From an uncultured Thermoleophilia bacterium (GTDB lineage: Bacteria; Actinomycetota; Thermoleophilia; Gaiellales; Gaiellaceae): 64,000 nucleotides of DNA. Position numbers and translations under genes: made by a program. The first letter of the stretch is position 1; every line of letters starts with the position of its first letter. The DNA lies in assembly GCA_963780385.1 (NCBI GenBank), contig CAWACA010000009.1, positions 541-64,540 of the forward strand, given 5' to 3'. Below, one piece after another: positions 23,001-38,000 of this stretch. The notes beneath the pieces were generated by a model. It saw only the letters and a program-made list of their open reading frames with translations. It did no database searches and was not told where the DNA came from.

Positions 23001-26000
23001 GACGCACGACATTCTCCCGGCCGACCAGCCGCTCTGGCAGCGCGTGGTCGGCGAGGCCGAGCGACTCTGTGCGCTCTACGGGTACCGCCGGATCCAGACC
23101 CCCGTGTTCGAGGACACCGCGCTCTTCGAGCGGACGTCGGGCGCGGGCTCCGACGTCGTGCAGAAGGAGATGTACACGTTCGAGGACCGGAGCGGCCGGT
23201 CGCTCACCCTGCGTCCCGAGGGGACCGCGCCCATCTGCCGGGCGTACGTCCAGCACGGCCTGCACCGTGAGCCGCAGCCGCAGAAGCTGTACACCCTCGC
23301 GACGATGTACCGCTATTCGGCGCCGCAGAAGGGCCGCTACCGGGAGCACTGGCAGATCTCGGTCGAGGCGATCGGCTCCGACGATCCTGCCCTGGACGCG
23401 GAGGTAATCCAGCTCTACGACACGTTGCTCCGTCGTCTCGGCGTCACGCAATACCGGCTCGCGCTGAACTCGATCGGCGACCCGGCGTGTCGGCCCGCCT
23501 ACCTCGAGCGCCTCGTACGCTGGCTCGACGAGCACGAAGAGCTGCTCGACGAGGACGTGCGCGCGCGGCGCCACACGAGCCCGCTACGCGTCTTCGACAA
23601 TCTCGAGGCGAAGCCCGCGGCGGTCCGCCGGGCGCTCTCGGAGGCCCCGACGATCGGCGAGTCGCTGTGCGACGCATGCCGGGAGCATTTCGCGGCCGTG
23701 CTCGGTTATCTCGACTCGTACGGCGTTGCCTACGAGCTCGTCCCGACCCTGGTGCGCGGGCTCGACTACTACACGCGCACGACGTGGGAGTTCGTGGGCC
23801 CGGCCCAGGGAGCGCAGAGCACGATCTCGGGCGGGGGCCGCTACGACGGCCTCGTCGAGGAGATCGGCGGCCGGCCCACGCCGGGCGTCGGTTTCGGAGC
23901 CGGCATCGAGCGGCTCGTGCTCGCGCTGGAAGAGGCCGGTATCACGGCGGAGCCCGAGCCGCCCGAGCTGCTGGTCCTGCTCGACGAGGGCGCAGACCGG
24001 CGGGCCGCGCTGGTCGAGCTCGCAAAGCTGCGGGCGGCCGGCGTCGCCTGCGACACCGAGTACGCGGGCCGGTCGCTGAAGGGCCAGTTCACCCAGCTCT
24101 CGCGCAGCGGCGCGCGCGGCTACGTGCTGGTGAAGGCGGACGGTGCGGTGCTGAAGCGAACGCGCGAGTCACCCGAAGAGGCGATCGGCGTCCAGGAGAT
24201 TGCCGCGAGGTATCTGGGATGAGCGGGCCCGAGAGCGAAACCCCGGCGCGGCCAGCGGCTGGCGGGACCTTCTGTGCGGCGAGGTGCGCCCGGAGCACGT
24301 CGGCCGCCGACTGCGTCTCGCCGGCTGGGCGGACACGCGGCGGGACCACGGCGGCCTCGTTTTCATCGACCTGCGTGACCGCACCGGTCTGTGCCAGATC
24401 GTCGTGAATCCCGAGCGCGCGCCGGCCGCCATGGAGGCGGCCCACGCGACACGGAACGAGTTCGTGCTCCAGGCAGAAGGCGAGGTCGTCCCCCGCGCGC
24501 CCGAGGCGGTCAACCCGAGTCTCCCCACCGGCGAGGTGGAGCTACAGGTCGACAGGCTCGAGATCCTCTCGCGCTGCCCGCCGCTGCCGTTTCAGCTCGA
24601 CGAGGAGGACGTCGACGAGACGCTCAGGCTGCGCTACCGGTGGTTGGACCTCCGCCGGCCGCGGCTGCAGCGCAACATCGCGATGCGGGCGAAGCTCGTG
24701 GCGATCATCAGGCGCGAGATGGAGGCCGCCGGCTTCCTCGACATCCAGACGCCGATCCTCTTCAAGCCGACGCCCGAGGGAGCGCGCGACTTCATCGTGC
24801 CGAGCCGTCTGCACCACGGCCGCTTCTTCGCGCTTCCTCAGAGCCCGCAGATCCTGAAGCAGCTGTGCATGGTCGCCGGGTTCGACCGCTACTACCAGAT
24901 CGCGATCTGCTTCCGGGACGAGGATCTGCGTGCCGATCGTGTCCAGGAGATCACCCAGCTCGACGTCGAGCTGTCGTTTCCCGACCAGGAGTTTCTCTTC
25001 TCCCTGATCGAGACGACGATGGCGGCGATCTGGCGAGAGTGCGTCGGCGTCGAGCTGGCGGTGCCGTTCTCGCGGCTGACGTACGAGGAGGCGGATCGGC
25101 GCTTCGGCTCCGACAAGCCGGACCTTCGGCTCGAGCTCGAGCTCGAGGACGCCACCGCGGTCACCCGTGAGTCACAGTTCGGCGTGTTCGCCGGGGCGGA
25201 GACCGTCCGGTTCCTGCGCGTGCCGCAGGCGTTTTCGCGCAGCGAGCTGGCCGGGCTCGAGGAGGTCGCGAAGCAGTGGGGCGCGAAGGGCCTTGCGTAT
25301 CTCGTGTACGACGAGTCGGGCGAGGTGCGCTCCCCGATCGCCAAGTTCCTCTCCGAGCAGGAGCTTGGGCACTTCCGGAGTGACCCGGGCACCACCGTCC
25401 TGTTCGCCGCCGACACGTGGCCGATGACATCGAGGGTGCTCTCTGCGCTCCGGCTGCACGTGGGCGCGCGAGCTCCAGCTCGTCGACGAGACGGCCTCAC
25501 GCTGGCTCTGGGTCACCGACTTCCCGATGTTCGAGTGGGATGAGGACGCCGGCCGCTGGTCGGCCGTGCACCATCCCTTCACGCGTCCCGCCGCGGAATG
25601 GACGGAACGCTTCGATGAGGACCCCGGCCGGGCGCTGGCCCATGCCTACGACCTGGTCTGCAACGGCAACGAGCTCGGCGGGGGGAGCTTCCGGATCCAC
25701 GAGCCGGAGCTTCAGGCGCGGGTCTTCGATCTGCTTCGACTCACCCCGGAGGACCAGCGGGCGAAGTTCGGCTTTCTCCTCGACGCGCTCGGCATGGGCG
25801 CTCCGCCGCACGGGGGCATCGCGCTCGGCATCGATCGCATGACCATGGTGTTGACGGGTGAGCAGAACCTCCGCGACGTGATTGCGTTCCCCAAGAACCA
25901 GGCGGGCCTCGATCCGATGTCCGGGGCTCCGAGCGAGGTCACCTCCGAGCAGCTCGACGAGCTCGGCATACGCCTCAAGCCCGGGCAGCCCTAGCACGGC

Positions 26001-29000
26001 GGTCTCCCCTTGCAGGCGAGCGCGCCCGCCGCGCGGCCTGAGCTAGCGTGGAGGCATGAGGGAGCTCTTCGGCGACGCCACAGCGGGAGACGAGTGGGCG
26101 TGGGTTCGGCTCACCGTTGCGGACGGACGCATCGTCGACGTCGCGGGCGAGGGGCCGGGCGTTCGCGCTCTCGTGCGGGACGTGCACGGCCTCGCACCTC
26201 TCGAGGCATCCCGGGTTCCGGGCGGACGGCTGGCGGCGGACGCGCTGGCGACCGCCCTCGAGTCGGCTGTCGAGGCCCCGGACGATCCGAGCCGCGTTGC
26301 GGTGGCGATGAGCGGAGGCGTCGACAGCGCGGTCGCGCTGCTTCGTGCCCGTGCGGAGGGATACACGCCGGTGGGGGTCACCCTGCGGCTGTGGATCGAT
26401 CCCGCGGGCCCGGACGCCGACCGGGCGTGCTGCTCGCCCTCCGCGGTCATCGCGGCGCGGGAGCTCTGCCACAGGCTCGGCGTTCCGCACGTGACCGTCG
26501 ACGCGCGCGCAAAGTTCCGCGAAACCGTCGTCGCGCCCTTCATCCGGGGCTATGCGGCGGGAACGACGCCCAACCCTTGCGTGCGCTGCAACGGGAGTCT
26601 GCGGTTCGACGAGCTGCTCGCCTTTGCCGTGCGCGTCGGGGCGCGTCGGCTGGCGACGGGCCACTATGCCCGAATCGTTCGCCACCGCGGGCGCCTGCTC
26701 GTCGGCTGCGCCACGGACGCCGCGAAGGATCAGTCGTACATGCTCGGCCAGGTCGATCCGGAGATCCTGCCGCGGCTCTGGTTTCCGCTCGGAGGCCAGT
26801 CGAAGGCACAGACGCGTGCCGAGGCGCGCGCCGCAGGTCTTGCGGTCGCCGAGCGGGCCGAGAGTCAGGAGGCGTGCTTCCTCGGCGGAGACGACTACCG
26901 TGCGTTCCTCTCCCGCCACGGGCAGCCGGACAGGGAAGGGCCCGTGGTCGATCTCGACGGACGGGAGATCGGCCGTCACGCGGGCTACTGGCGTTTCACC
27001 CCAGGCCAGCGCCGTGGGCTTCGGGTCGCCGCGGTGGACGGACCCCTCTACGCGGTCGGCACGATCCCGGAACGCAACGCAGTGATCGCAGGGCCCCGCA
27101 CGGCTCTCGCGCGCACGCGCGTCGGCGTCCGCGACGGACGCCTGCACGTGCCCGTGAAGCATGCCGACGCGAAGCTCCGGTATCGCTCGCCGGCCGTGCG
27201 GGCACGCGTCGAGGCGGGCGGCCGCGGTTTCTCGCTCGAGCTCGAGCAGCCTGTCGACGCGGTCGCCCCCGGGCAGGCTGCGGTGCTCTACGAGGACGGC
27301 GCGGTCGTCGGGGCAGGCCCGATCAGCTGGGCGGCCTGATCGCAGCGGCGAGTCGGCGCCCCCGAGCGATCGACACCCGATCGCGTTTCGAATTGTCTGG
27401 CCGCGGCCAGTACCATAGGACGATGCTCTTGGCGGAGTTCGAGTCGATCGATGTGCTCTGGATCGTCCTGAGCGTGTTTCTCGTGGTCATCGTCATCCCA
27501 CTCGCGGTCCTGCTCGTGCGGCTCGGCGGCACGGCGACCCGGCTCGGCCGTCTGCTCGAGGGCCTCGAGGAATCCGTGCCTCCGCTCGTGACGAAGACCG
27601 GCGGCACGGTCGACCGCGTCAATCTCCAGCTCGACAAGGTCGATCTCGTAACCGACAGCGCCGTGAGCGCCGCCGACTCGCTCGACACGACTGCCAGGGC
27701 AGTCTCGATGGCGGTCGTGACGCCGGTGCAGAAGCTCTCCGGGTTCGCGAAGGGCGTCTCGCACGGCAGCTCGGCGCTGTTCGCGGGCGAAGGCTTCTCG
27801 ACGGCCGTCGAGGCGGGGAAGGACGCGGCGCGCCGCCGCCAGCAGGAGATCGCCGAGGAGCTGGCGCGGAAGGACGACCGGCTTGCTCTCCGCCGACCGG
27901 CTGCGAGCGCCGAGCCGGCGGCCGCCGCAGAACCGGCGCCGACCCCGAGCGCCGGACCGGCCGTCGCGGCCGAACCGGTGCCGACTCCGGCCGCCGCCGG
28001 TGAGCCGGCATCGTCCCCGGGCGCAGCCCGGAGCGACGACAGCGCGCTCCCCTAGAGCGTCTGCTCACGCCGAAGTCGGCGCCCCCGCACACTGCGGCAA
28101 GCTCTCGCTGCACGCCGGCGTGCCTGCTCGTGTCACGGGCGGCCCGCGGCATCGTGCGGGTCCGGCAGCCGGCAGGAATGGCCTGCAGATCCGGGCCGGG
28201 GCGTCCCCGGGTCAGGCGGAAGCCGGCGGCCCGCGGGCTCGCGTCTTCCGTAGGTTCGCGGCGTCGAGCGGCCTAGAATCGACCTCATGCGGACGAGCGA
28301 CGAGCTGCGCGAGGGCTTTCTCGATTTCTTTGCCTCCAGGGGCCACGTCCGGCGGCCCTCGGCCTCGCTCGTCCCCGCGACATACGACCCGTCGGTGCTG
28401 TTGACGACCGCTGGGATGCAGCAGTTCAAGCCCATCTTCCTCGGCATGGAGCGTCCGCCCGGCCCTCGGGCGACGACCGTCCAGAAGTGCTTCCGGACGA
28501 CCGACATCGATTCGGTCGGGCTCACCGCGAGACACCTGACGTTCTTCGAGATGCTCGGGAACTTCTCGTTCGGCGACTACTTCAAGGACGGCGCGATCGA
28601 CCTGGCGTGGGAGTTCGTGACCGAGCACCTTCGCTTCCCCACAGAGCGGGTCTGGGCGACCGTCTTCGCCGGCGATCCCGAGCTCGGCCTCGGTGAGGAC
28701 GAGGTCGCCGTCAACGGGTGGCTGCGAGTCGGCATCCCGGCCGATCGGATCCGGGGCTTGCCGCGGTCGGAGAACTTCTGGCAGCTCGGGCCGACCGGAC
28801 CGTGCGGGCCCTGCTCGGAGCTCTACTACGACCGCGGCCCGGAGCACGGTTGCGACCGCCCTGATTGCGCGCCGGGCTGCGAGTGCGATCGCTTTCTCGA
28901 GTTCTGGAACCTCGTCTTCATGGAGTTCGACCTTCACGAAGACGGGAGCCTCACTCCCCTGCCGACGCAGAACATCGACACCGGGCTCGGCGTCGAGCGC

Positions 29001-32000
29001 GGCGCGGCGCTGCTGCAGGGCGTCCATTCGGTGTACGAGACGGATGGGTTCGCAGCGATCATGGACTGGGTAGCCGCCAGGACCGGCACGCGCTACGGCG
29101 AGTCCGAGGAGGCGACGAAGGCCCACCGCGTGCTCGCGGATCACGGCCGTGCCATGACGTTCCTGGCGGCCGACGGCGTCACTCCGTCGAACGAGGGTCG
29201 TGGCTACGTCATGCGGAGGATCGTTCGCCGTGCCGTTCAGCACGCAGGGCGGATCGGTCTGGAGACGCCGTTCCTGTCCGAGCTCTCGGACGTCGTCGTC
29301 GAGCTCATGCGGGGCTCCTATCCGGAGCTCGACGACGTCCGCTCCGAGATCCAGCGCGTGTTGACCGCCGAGGAGGAGCGATTCGCGCAGACGCTCGCGA
29401 CCGGCCTGCGGCTCTTCGAGGAGGTTGTCCAGAACAGCCCCGACGGGATCTCGGGTGAGGACGCCTTCAGGCTCCACGACACCTACGGCTTCCCGCTCGA
29501 GCTGACGCGCGAGCTGGCGCTCGAGCGCGGTCTCCCGATCGACGAGGACGGCTTCGAGCAGCTCATGGCCGGGCAGCGCGACCGCTCGCGGGCGGGTAAG
29601 GCCGGCGAGCTCGAGCGCGCGGCGGAGTTCGCGCGGGAGGCAGGCTTCGTCACGGAGTTCGTGGGCTATGAGAAGACGGAGGTGCTGACGCAGCTCGGCG
29701 CGCTCGAACGGCTCGAAGGCGACGTGTACCTCGCGAAGCTGCGCGAATCGCCGTTCTACCCGGAGGGCGGCGGCCAGGTGTCGGACCAGGGCTTTGTCGA
29801 GCGCGAGACCGGCGAGCGGGTCGAGGTCCGCGCGGTATTCCGGCTCGGGGACGACCAGGTGCTGCTCGTCGAAGGGGCCGAGCTCGCAGTCGGCGACCGG
29901 GTGAGAAGCGGTTGTCCCGTGGTCGGTTCGCTTCCCGACGACGGCGAACCACACCGCGACCCATCTGCTGCACCGCGCGCTGCGTGAGGTGCTCGGCGAC
30001 CACGTCAAGCAGGCCGGTTCCGCAGTGCGGCCGGACAAGCTCCGCTTCGACTTCTCGCACGGGAGCCCCCTGACCGAGCGCGAGCGCGAGCTCGTCGAGG
30101 CGCGCGTCAACGAGAAGATCTTCGAGAACCTGCCGGTGCACGCGTTCGTCACGCCGATCGCCGAGGCTCGACGACTCGGCGCCGTCATGCTCTTCGGCGA
30201 GAAGTACGGCGACACCGTTCGCGTGATCGAGGTCGGGTCCGGAGACGGTGCGTTCTCGCGCGAGCTCTGCGGCGGCGTCCACGTGCGGTCCACGGCCGAG
30301 ATCGGCGCCTTCAAGATTCTCACGGAGAGCTCCGTCGGGGCGTCCACGCGGCGCATCGAGGCGGTGACCTCGGGTACGGCCGCGAGCTATCTCTTCGAGC
30401 GGGAACGCGAGGTCGAGCGGCTGCGGCAGGAGCTCGAGGACGAGCGCCGCGCGTTCACGAGGCTCGAGAAGGAGCTTCGCGCCGGCTCCGGTTCCGGCGA
30501 CAGCGTTGTCGGGGAGCTCATCGCGGGAGCGAAGGAGGCAGGAGGCGTGCGGATCGTCGCCGGCGATGCCGGCGACATGGACGCGGACGCATTGCTCGAG
30601 CTTTCCGATCGCGTCAAGCAGAAGGGCGCGCCCGCGGCCGTCGTGCTGGGCGCCCGCTCGGACGGCCGCGTTCACCTCGTCGCCAATTTCTCCGAGGCCG
30701 CGGTCGAGCGGGGCGCGAACGCCTCCGATGTCGTCAAGGCTGCTGCGGCGATTGTCGGAGGCGGCGGCGGCGGGCGCTCGACGATGGCCCGTGCCGGAGG
30801 GCGCGATCCGGAGAAGCTGGCCGAGGCGCTCGCGAAAGCGGAGAGCGTGTTGCTCGACACGCTCTCGTAGGCCCGCGTCGCGTGGGGGGAGCGCCGGCCG
30901 AAGCCGGCGCTCCCGCTCGCGTCGGGAGGGGTCCTCCACGAGCCTTCGATCTACTCGCAGTTCCTGACGGAGTTGTGCCCTGCTCCGGGATCGCACGTGT
31001 CCGTCCCGGCGCCGCCGTCGATGCGGTCGTCGCCTGCTCCGGCGCGCAGATCGTCGTCGCCTGCGCCTCCCTGGAGCGTGTCGGCGCCGTCGCCGGTGTT
31101 CACGGAGTCCGCGCCCGGGCCGGCTGCAACGGCGTCGTTGCCGGGGCCCGTGGCGATGCTGTCGCCTCCGGAGCCGCCGCGTACGCCGTCGGCGCCGGAG
31201 CCGGACTCGATCGTGTCGGGGCCGGCGCCTCCGACGATCCGGTCGGCACCGCCGAGCGTCGTGATCTCGTCCGCCCCGGGACCGCCGCAGACGACGTCGT
31301 TCCCTCCGCCGCCGTCGATGACATCGTTCCCGCGCCGCCCGTAGATGACGTCGTTCCCCGGCGTGCCGGTGATGACGTCGTTGCCTCGTGTCCCAACCAG
31401 GGTCGGTGTCAGTCCGCACAGGGAGCGCAGCGGCACGGCGCGGACGACGACCGAGACGGCCCCGGTTGCGACGAGGTCTCCGTCGGAGACGTCGTATGTG
31501 AACGTGTCGGCGCCGAGGAAGCCGGGAGTCGGCGTGTAGCGGACCTTCCCGGCGTCCGGCCCGGTCGTGACGAGCGCGGCCGTTCCGTGGCCCGGGGCTC
31601 CGACGTTGACGATCGCAAGCGCTTGCGCGCTCTCGTCGGCTGGACCGGGCGTGTCGTTTGCAGTCACGTCGACGAGCACGCTGCCGTCCTGGGTGACGAC
31701 TCCGCTGTCGGGCTCGGCGCGAGGCGGGTCGTTGACCGGCGTGACCGTCACGACAACCTCGCCGAGCTCGGCGCCCTCCTGACCGTCTGCGACGGTGTAG
31801 CCGAAGCTCTCGGTCCCGTTCCAGTTCGGATCGGGTGCGTAGATCACGCTTCGCGCATCCGGTGCGATCGAGGCCGTGCCGTGGTCGGGGTCCTCGACGT
31901 CGACGACGAGCAACGGATCCCCGTCGACGTCGTCGTCGTTCGCGAGGACGTCGATCGTCGAGGGCTGGTCCTCCTCGAGAGTCACCAGGTCCTCCTCCGG

Positions 32001-35000
32001 GTCGGGATCATCGTTGACCGGAAGCACGGTGATCCTGACGGCGGCAGTGTCGAAGCCGCCCCGACCGTCGGAGATCGTGTACTCGAAGCCGTCCTCTCCG
32101 TGAAAGTCGACGTCGGGCGTGTAGAGGAGGGCTCCCGCGACTATCGAGACGGCGCCGTCGGCGGGATCCGTTGTGCTGGAGACCGTGAGCGGATCGCTGT
32201 CGGGGTCGGCGTCGTTGGCAAGCACGCTGATCGAGCTCTCGCCGGCGTCCTCGTCCACCGTGACGGCATCGTCCACTGCCTGAGGCGATCCGTTGGCTCC
32301 GCCGCCTCCACCGCCTCCACCTCCGCCGCCCGAGGTGGAATGCACGCCGAGACCGTCGAATGTGTCGATCGGCAGGCCTGCCCACTGGGTGCTCGGGTCA
32401 AAGGTGTCCGCGCCGTTCGCGTCTCCGGCCTCGACGGAGGGCAAGCGCCGCAGGGTGTTGTCAGTGGTGCTCGCGTCCCCGGAGCCCCACTCGACGCCCG
32501 GATCGACGCCGATCTGCCCGATGACGTCGACGATGACCCCGGCGGAACGCAGTGCCACGGCGTCGTTGCCGTTGAACAGAAAGTTGGTCGTTGTCTGATC
32601 GGCCAATGCAAGCAGCGCCGCGCCGGCAGCGCTTCGCACGAGCACGAAGGCCTCCCCGGAAGCGACCGTCCCGGTCAGCGGGATCGTGGCCGTCGGGGTT
32701 GGACTGCCGTTCGCGAAGATCTGGATGTCGTAGCTGCCGGTGAGCGACACCGCACCGGGCGTGCCGTTGTAGACCTCGAGCGCCTTGTTCGAGCCGGATC
32801 CCTCGACGTACTCCGACAGAAGGAGCTCGGTCGGAGCGCCCGCCGCGGTCGGGAGCCGGACGGCGAGCGCGACGAGGGCTGCGAGCAGGATCGCCGCTGC
32901 GAGGAGCGGGCGCAGGGGGAGAGCGAACCGAGCGGTCACGTTCAATGCCTCCTTGGTCGGGATCGCCATCGACGATCGCGGCCAGAGGCGCACGCGTGGT
33001 TCCCGCACTGCAACAAGAGCCGCGCAGAAGCGCGCCAGGATCCGCAGCCTCGCGACGCGCTGCGGTCAAGACGTGCCCCTGACGGGGGCGCGGTGACGCG
33101 GTCGACGCGCGGGGAAAGCTCAGACCGAGGCGAGCAGCCAGAGCAGGCTCAGCACGAGAACCGCTGTGAGGCGGTGAGCAGCGGACATTCCGACCCTCCT
33201 TCTCCTGCGTCTCCCGACGTCAGGGTTCTAGCAGCGCCTGGCCCTCCTGGGGGAGCGACCATCCCCGGTTCGAGGGACGGATTGCCCCAGAATCACTCGT
33301 CCGAGGGAACCCATCCGGGGTACCGGCCGGCCTGGCGGCGGCCCGGTGACCCGAGGGTGCATCGCTAGAATCGCCGCGAGTGAAGGTGCTCGCACTCGAC
33401 TACGGGTCGGCGCGGACCGGTGTCGCCGTCTCCGATCCAACGGGCACCGTCGCGCGCCCGCTCGACGTCGTCGAGGGCGCGGGCACCCCGACAGGGCTCG
33501 CGACCATCGTCGAGCTTGCGCGCCGCGAGGGCGCCGAGCGGATCGTCGTCGGGCTGCCATTGACCTTGCACGGCGAGCGCGGCGCCCAGGCGGAGGAGAC
33601 GGAGCGCTTCGTCGCGGCGCTCAAGGGCGTGACGGAGCTCCCGGTGGACACGTTCGACGAGCGATTCACCACCCGTCTCGCCGCCCGGCACCGACACGCC
33701 GAACGCGAGGAGGGGGCGGAGGACGCCGTGGCCGCCGCGTACCTGTTGACCGGGTATCTCACGTGGACGACCGGCCGCCGGTGAGCGCCCCACAGGGGGC
33801 GCCGCCGCCGGAGCCGCCCAGGCGAAAGCGGCGCCGCGGTGCCGTCGTCCTTCCCGTCCTGGCCGGCCTCCTCATAGGCGGCGCCGCGGTCGCGGTCGCG
33901 GTCATCCTCGTGCGCGGCGGCGGGAGCGGCGAGGCTGCCACGCCTGCGGAGCCTCCTGCCGCTTCGGTGGCGAACCAGGGGGGACCCGTTCTCGGAATCG
34001 TGTTCCCGGAGGGCTTCACTCGGCAGGAGATGGCGGATCGGATCGGCGCCGTCAACGAGATCGCGAAGGAGGAGCGGGGCGTCGCGCACCTCGCTCGTGC
34101 CCCGGGAGTACCGGGCCATCACCCGTAGGTCGACGCTCCCGGGCGAGTTCGCCGGCGACGGCAAGATGCGAAGCCTCGAGGGCTTCCTCTTCCCGGCCAC
34201 CTACGATTTCACGCCCGAGACCACGACCCAACAGCTCGTCGACCTCCAGCTCGCCGCGTTCGACGATGCCTGGGCTCAGGTCGACCTCGAGGCGGCAGAG
34301 AAGAAGAACTTGACGCCCTACGACGTGCTCATCATCGCCTCGATGATCGAGGAGGAGGTGCGTGTGCCCCGAGAGCGCAGGCTCGTGGCGGCGGTCATCT
34401 ACAACCGGCTCAAGGCGGGCATCCCGCTCGGTCTGGACGCGACGCTCCGGTACGGGCTCGAGATACCTCCCACTCAGGCGATCACCGAGTCCGATCTGGA
34501 AAGCGACAACCCCTACAACACCCGCAAGCTGGCCGGCCTTCCTCCGACGCCGATCTCGAACCCCGGGCTCGCCTCGATGAAGGCGGCGTCGCGGCCCGCT
34601 GCGGTCGATTTCCTGTACTTCGCCCGGAAGAAGGACTGCAAGTCGCACTACTTCTCCCGCACCCAGGCCGAGCACGACCGGTTCCTCGCAGGCCCGAACT
34701 CGTTCCTCAACGGCCCCAACGCCTGCGCGTAGCGACGGCGGCGCGATGCTCTCCGGATCCACCCGGCTCGTCGGCATCATCGGGAGCCCCGTCGCGCACT
34801 CCCTCTCGCCGAGGATGCACAATGCGGCCTTCGCGGCCTGCGGCCTCGACTGGGCGTACGTCCCGCTGCCGGTCGAGGAGGCTCGCGTCCGGGAGGCCGT
34901 GCGCGGGCTCGTCGCGCTGGGCTTCGCCGGGGCGAACGTGACGATCCCGCACAAGACCGCTGTGCTGGCGGCCTGCGACGAGATCGACGAGATCGCCGAA

Positions 35001-38000
35001 AAGGCCAAGTCGGCGAACACGCTGGTCGTCCGGGACGGCCGTGTCGAAGGCTCGAGCACGGACGGTCTTGCGGTGACCGGCGCCGTCGACGCCGACGGCG
35101 CGCACGTGCTCGTGCTCGGGGCGGGAGGGGCGGCCCAGGCAGTGGCGTGCGCGCTTCTCGACGCCGGGGCAGCCAGCCTGAGGGTGGCGGCGCGGCGAGC
35201 GGCGGCGGAGGAGGCAATCACGACCCATCTGCGATCCGCGTTTCCGACGGCCGACGTGGGGGCGCCGGTCGGGTGGCCGCCGGCGCCGGGTGGAGCCACG
35301 CTCGTCGTCAACGCGACGGCGCTGAAGGACGAAGCGCCGTTCGAGCCGGCCGCTCACCAGCAGGTGGTCGATCTCGCCTACCGTCCGGACGGCCTGCCGA
35401 CGGCGCTCGTGGCCGCCGCGCGCGCCGCCGGCTGTCCGGTGATCGTCGACGGGCTCGAGATCCTCGTGCGGCAGGGCGCCGAGTCGTTTGCGCGGTGGAC
35501 GGGGATGCGGGCACCCATCGACGTGATGCGGGCGGCTGTCCGCCCGCCCGCGGCGTCCGGCTGAGTCCGGGCTGGGCGCGCCGCGGGCCGCCCTAAGATT
35601 GGCCGCGTGGGACTGACGCTCACGACAGCGGGTGAATCGCACGGCCCGGCGCTGGTCGCGATCGTGACCGGACTGCCGGCCGGGCTGCGTCTGGACAAGG
35701 ACGCTATCGACCACGACCTCTGGCGTCGCCAGCAGGGCTACGGCCGGAGCCCGAGGCAGAAGCTCGAGTCGGACGAGGTCGAGGTGCTCACGGGACTACG
35801 GCACGGGTGCACTCTCGGAACGCCGCTCACCCTCGTGGTACGGAACCGTGACCACAAGAACTGGCTGTTCGGGATGAGCCCCTGGCCGCCGGAAGGAGAG
35901 CCCGAAGGAAAGGGCACGAAGGCGGTGACCCTGCCCCGACCGGGCCACGCCGACCTCGCCGGTGTCATGAAGTACGACCTTGCCGACGTCCGGGACGCGC
36001 TCGAGCGCGCCAGCGCGCGCCACACCGCTGCGATCGTCGCTGCGGGGGCGGCAGCGAAGGCACTGCTTGCGGAGATCGGGATCGCGCTCGAGAGCTCCGT
36101 TGTCGAGGTTGGTGCGGCGGGCGGGGAGACCGCGATCGTCGAGGCGATCGACGAGGCCCGGGCCGACCGCGACACGCTCGGTGGCATCGTGGAGGTGAGA
36201 GCCCGCGGCGTCCCCCCGGGCCTGGGCTCGTACGCGACGAAGGAGGACAGGCTCGACGCTCGTCTCGCCTGGACGCTCCTCGGCACCCAGGCGGTCAAGG
36301 GGGTCGAGGTCGGCGACGGCTTCGCGCTCGCAGGGCGGCGCGGCTCGGACGCGCACGACGAGATCTTCCGCGACGACCGTGGCTACTTCAGGGAGACGAA
36401 TCACGCCGGCGGGATCGAGGCGGGCATGTCGAACGGCGAGGTCGTCGTCGTGCGGGCCGCGATGAAACCGCTCCCGACGCTGATGCGGCCGCTGCGGTCC
36501 GTCGACCTCGCGACCCACGAGCCCGCGCAGGCGCTCGTGGAGCGGTCGGACGTCAGTGCGGTCGAGGCGCTCGCGGTCGTCGCCGAGGCGTGTGTCGCGT
36601 TCGAGCTGGCCCGGGCCGCGCGGGACAAGTTCGGCGGCGACTCGCTCGGGGACTTCGTGGCGGCCCATCGAGCCTACGTCGAGCGGATCGACTGGGCGCC
36701 GCGGTAGGGGCGGTGATGCGATTGCCGCGGCGGCTCATCGTGCCGCTCCGCCCGACGCGAGCTCGGGGCAGCGGGCGGCGGGTCTCGTTCGTTCGGGGCC
36801 TCCCGTGCCCCCACCCGGGTGGGGGGTCCCACGGTCCCGGCCGCCACGGTATCCCACCGGAACGCGCAGAACGCGCGCCGACCGTGCCGACTTCGTCGCG
36901 GGACCGTGCCGGATCTCGCGCAGGCGCTGGCCGCCGGGCCGGCTGCCGTCGCCACGACTGCCCTGAGCGCCCCGAGATCGCCCACCGTCGCTGCGGCCCC
37001 GCCGGGGCCGCCGGCCGATGACCGCCGACAAGCGGCACATCGCCTTGATCGGCTTCATGGGCGCCGGCAAGACGAGCGTCGGATTCGAGCTCGCGCGGCT
37101 CCTCGAGCGGCCGTTCGTCGACGTCGACGTCGAGCTCGAGCAGCGGCATGGGCTGACGATCGCCGAGATGTTCGAGCAGCGAGGGGAGCCGTGGTTTCGC
37201 AACGCGGAGAGCGAGCTGACCCGGTCGGCGCTCGAGGCTGCCGAGCCGAGCGTGCTCGCGCTCGGAGGCGGCGCGGTGAAGACGCCCGAAACGCGCCAGG
37301 CGCTCGCGCAGCACGCGCTCACGGTTCTCGTGGAGATCGACGCCGACGAGGCCTGGCGGCGGGCATCGGGGACGAACCGGCCGCTTGCCCGGGACGAGGA
37401 CGAGTTCCGTCGACTCTACGACGAGCGTCGGCCTCTCTACCTGGAGGCTGCGGACGCCGTCGCGCGCGATCTCGACGGCGTGCTGCTCGCCCTGGGCGGG
37501 ATCGTCGTCGAGCGCGGCGCCCTGGCACGGCTCGACGAGCTGATCCCGGGCGAGGGCCCGGTTGCTCTGATCGCCGACGAACGGGTCATCGAGCTTCATC
37601 CCCCGGCGCTCGGCGCTCGGCTTGTCTCGACGCATACGGTTCCGGCCGGGGAACAGGCGAAGACGCTGGAGGTGTGCGAGCGCCTGTGGCAGGAGCTGCG
37701 GCTCGACCGGGCGGGGACGATCGTCGCGCTCGGCGGCGGAGCGACGACCGACGTCGCCGGCTTCGTCGCCGCCACGCACCTCCGCGGCGTTGCGTGGGTG
37801 CCGGTCCCGTCGACGATCGTCGGGCAAGTGGACGCCGCCATCGGGGGAAAGACGGCCATCGACCTCCCGCACGGCAAGAACCTCGTGGGCAGCTTCCATT
37901 TGCCGGCTCGGGTCGTCATCGACCCCGATCTGCTCGCAACGTTGCCGGCGCGGGAGCGAACGGGCGGCCTCTCCGAGGTGGTGAAGACGGGCTTGCTCGC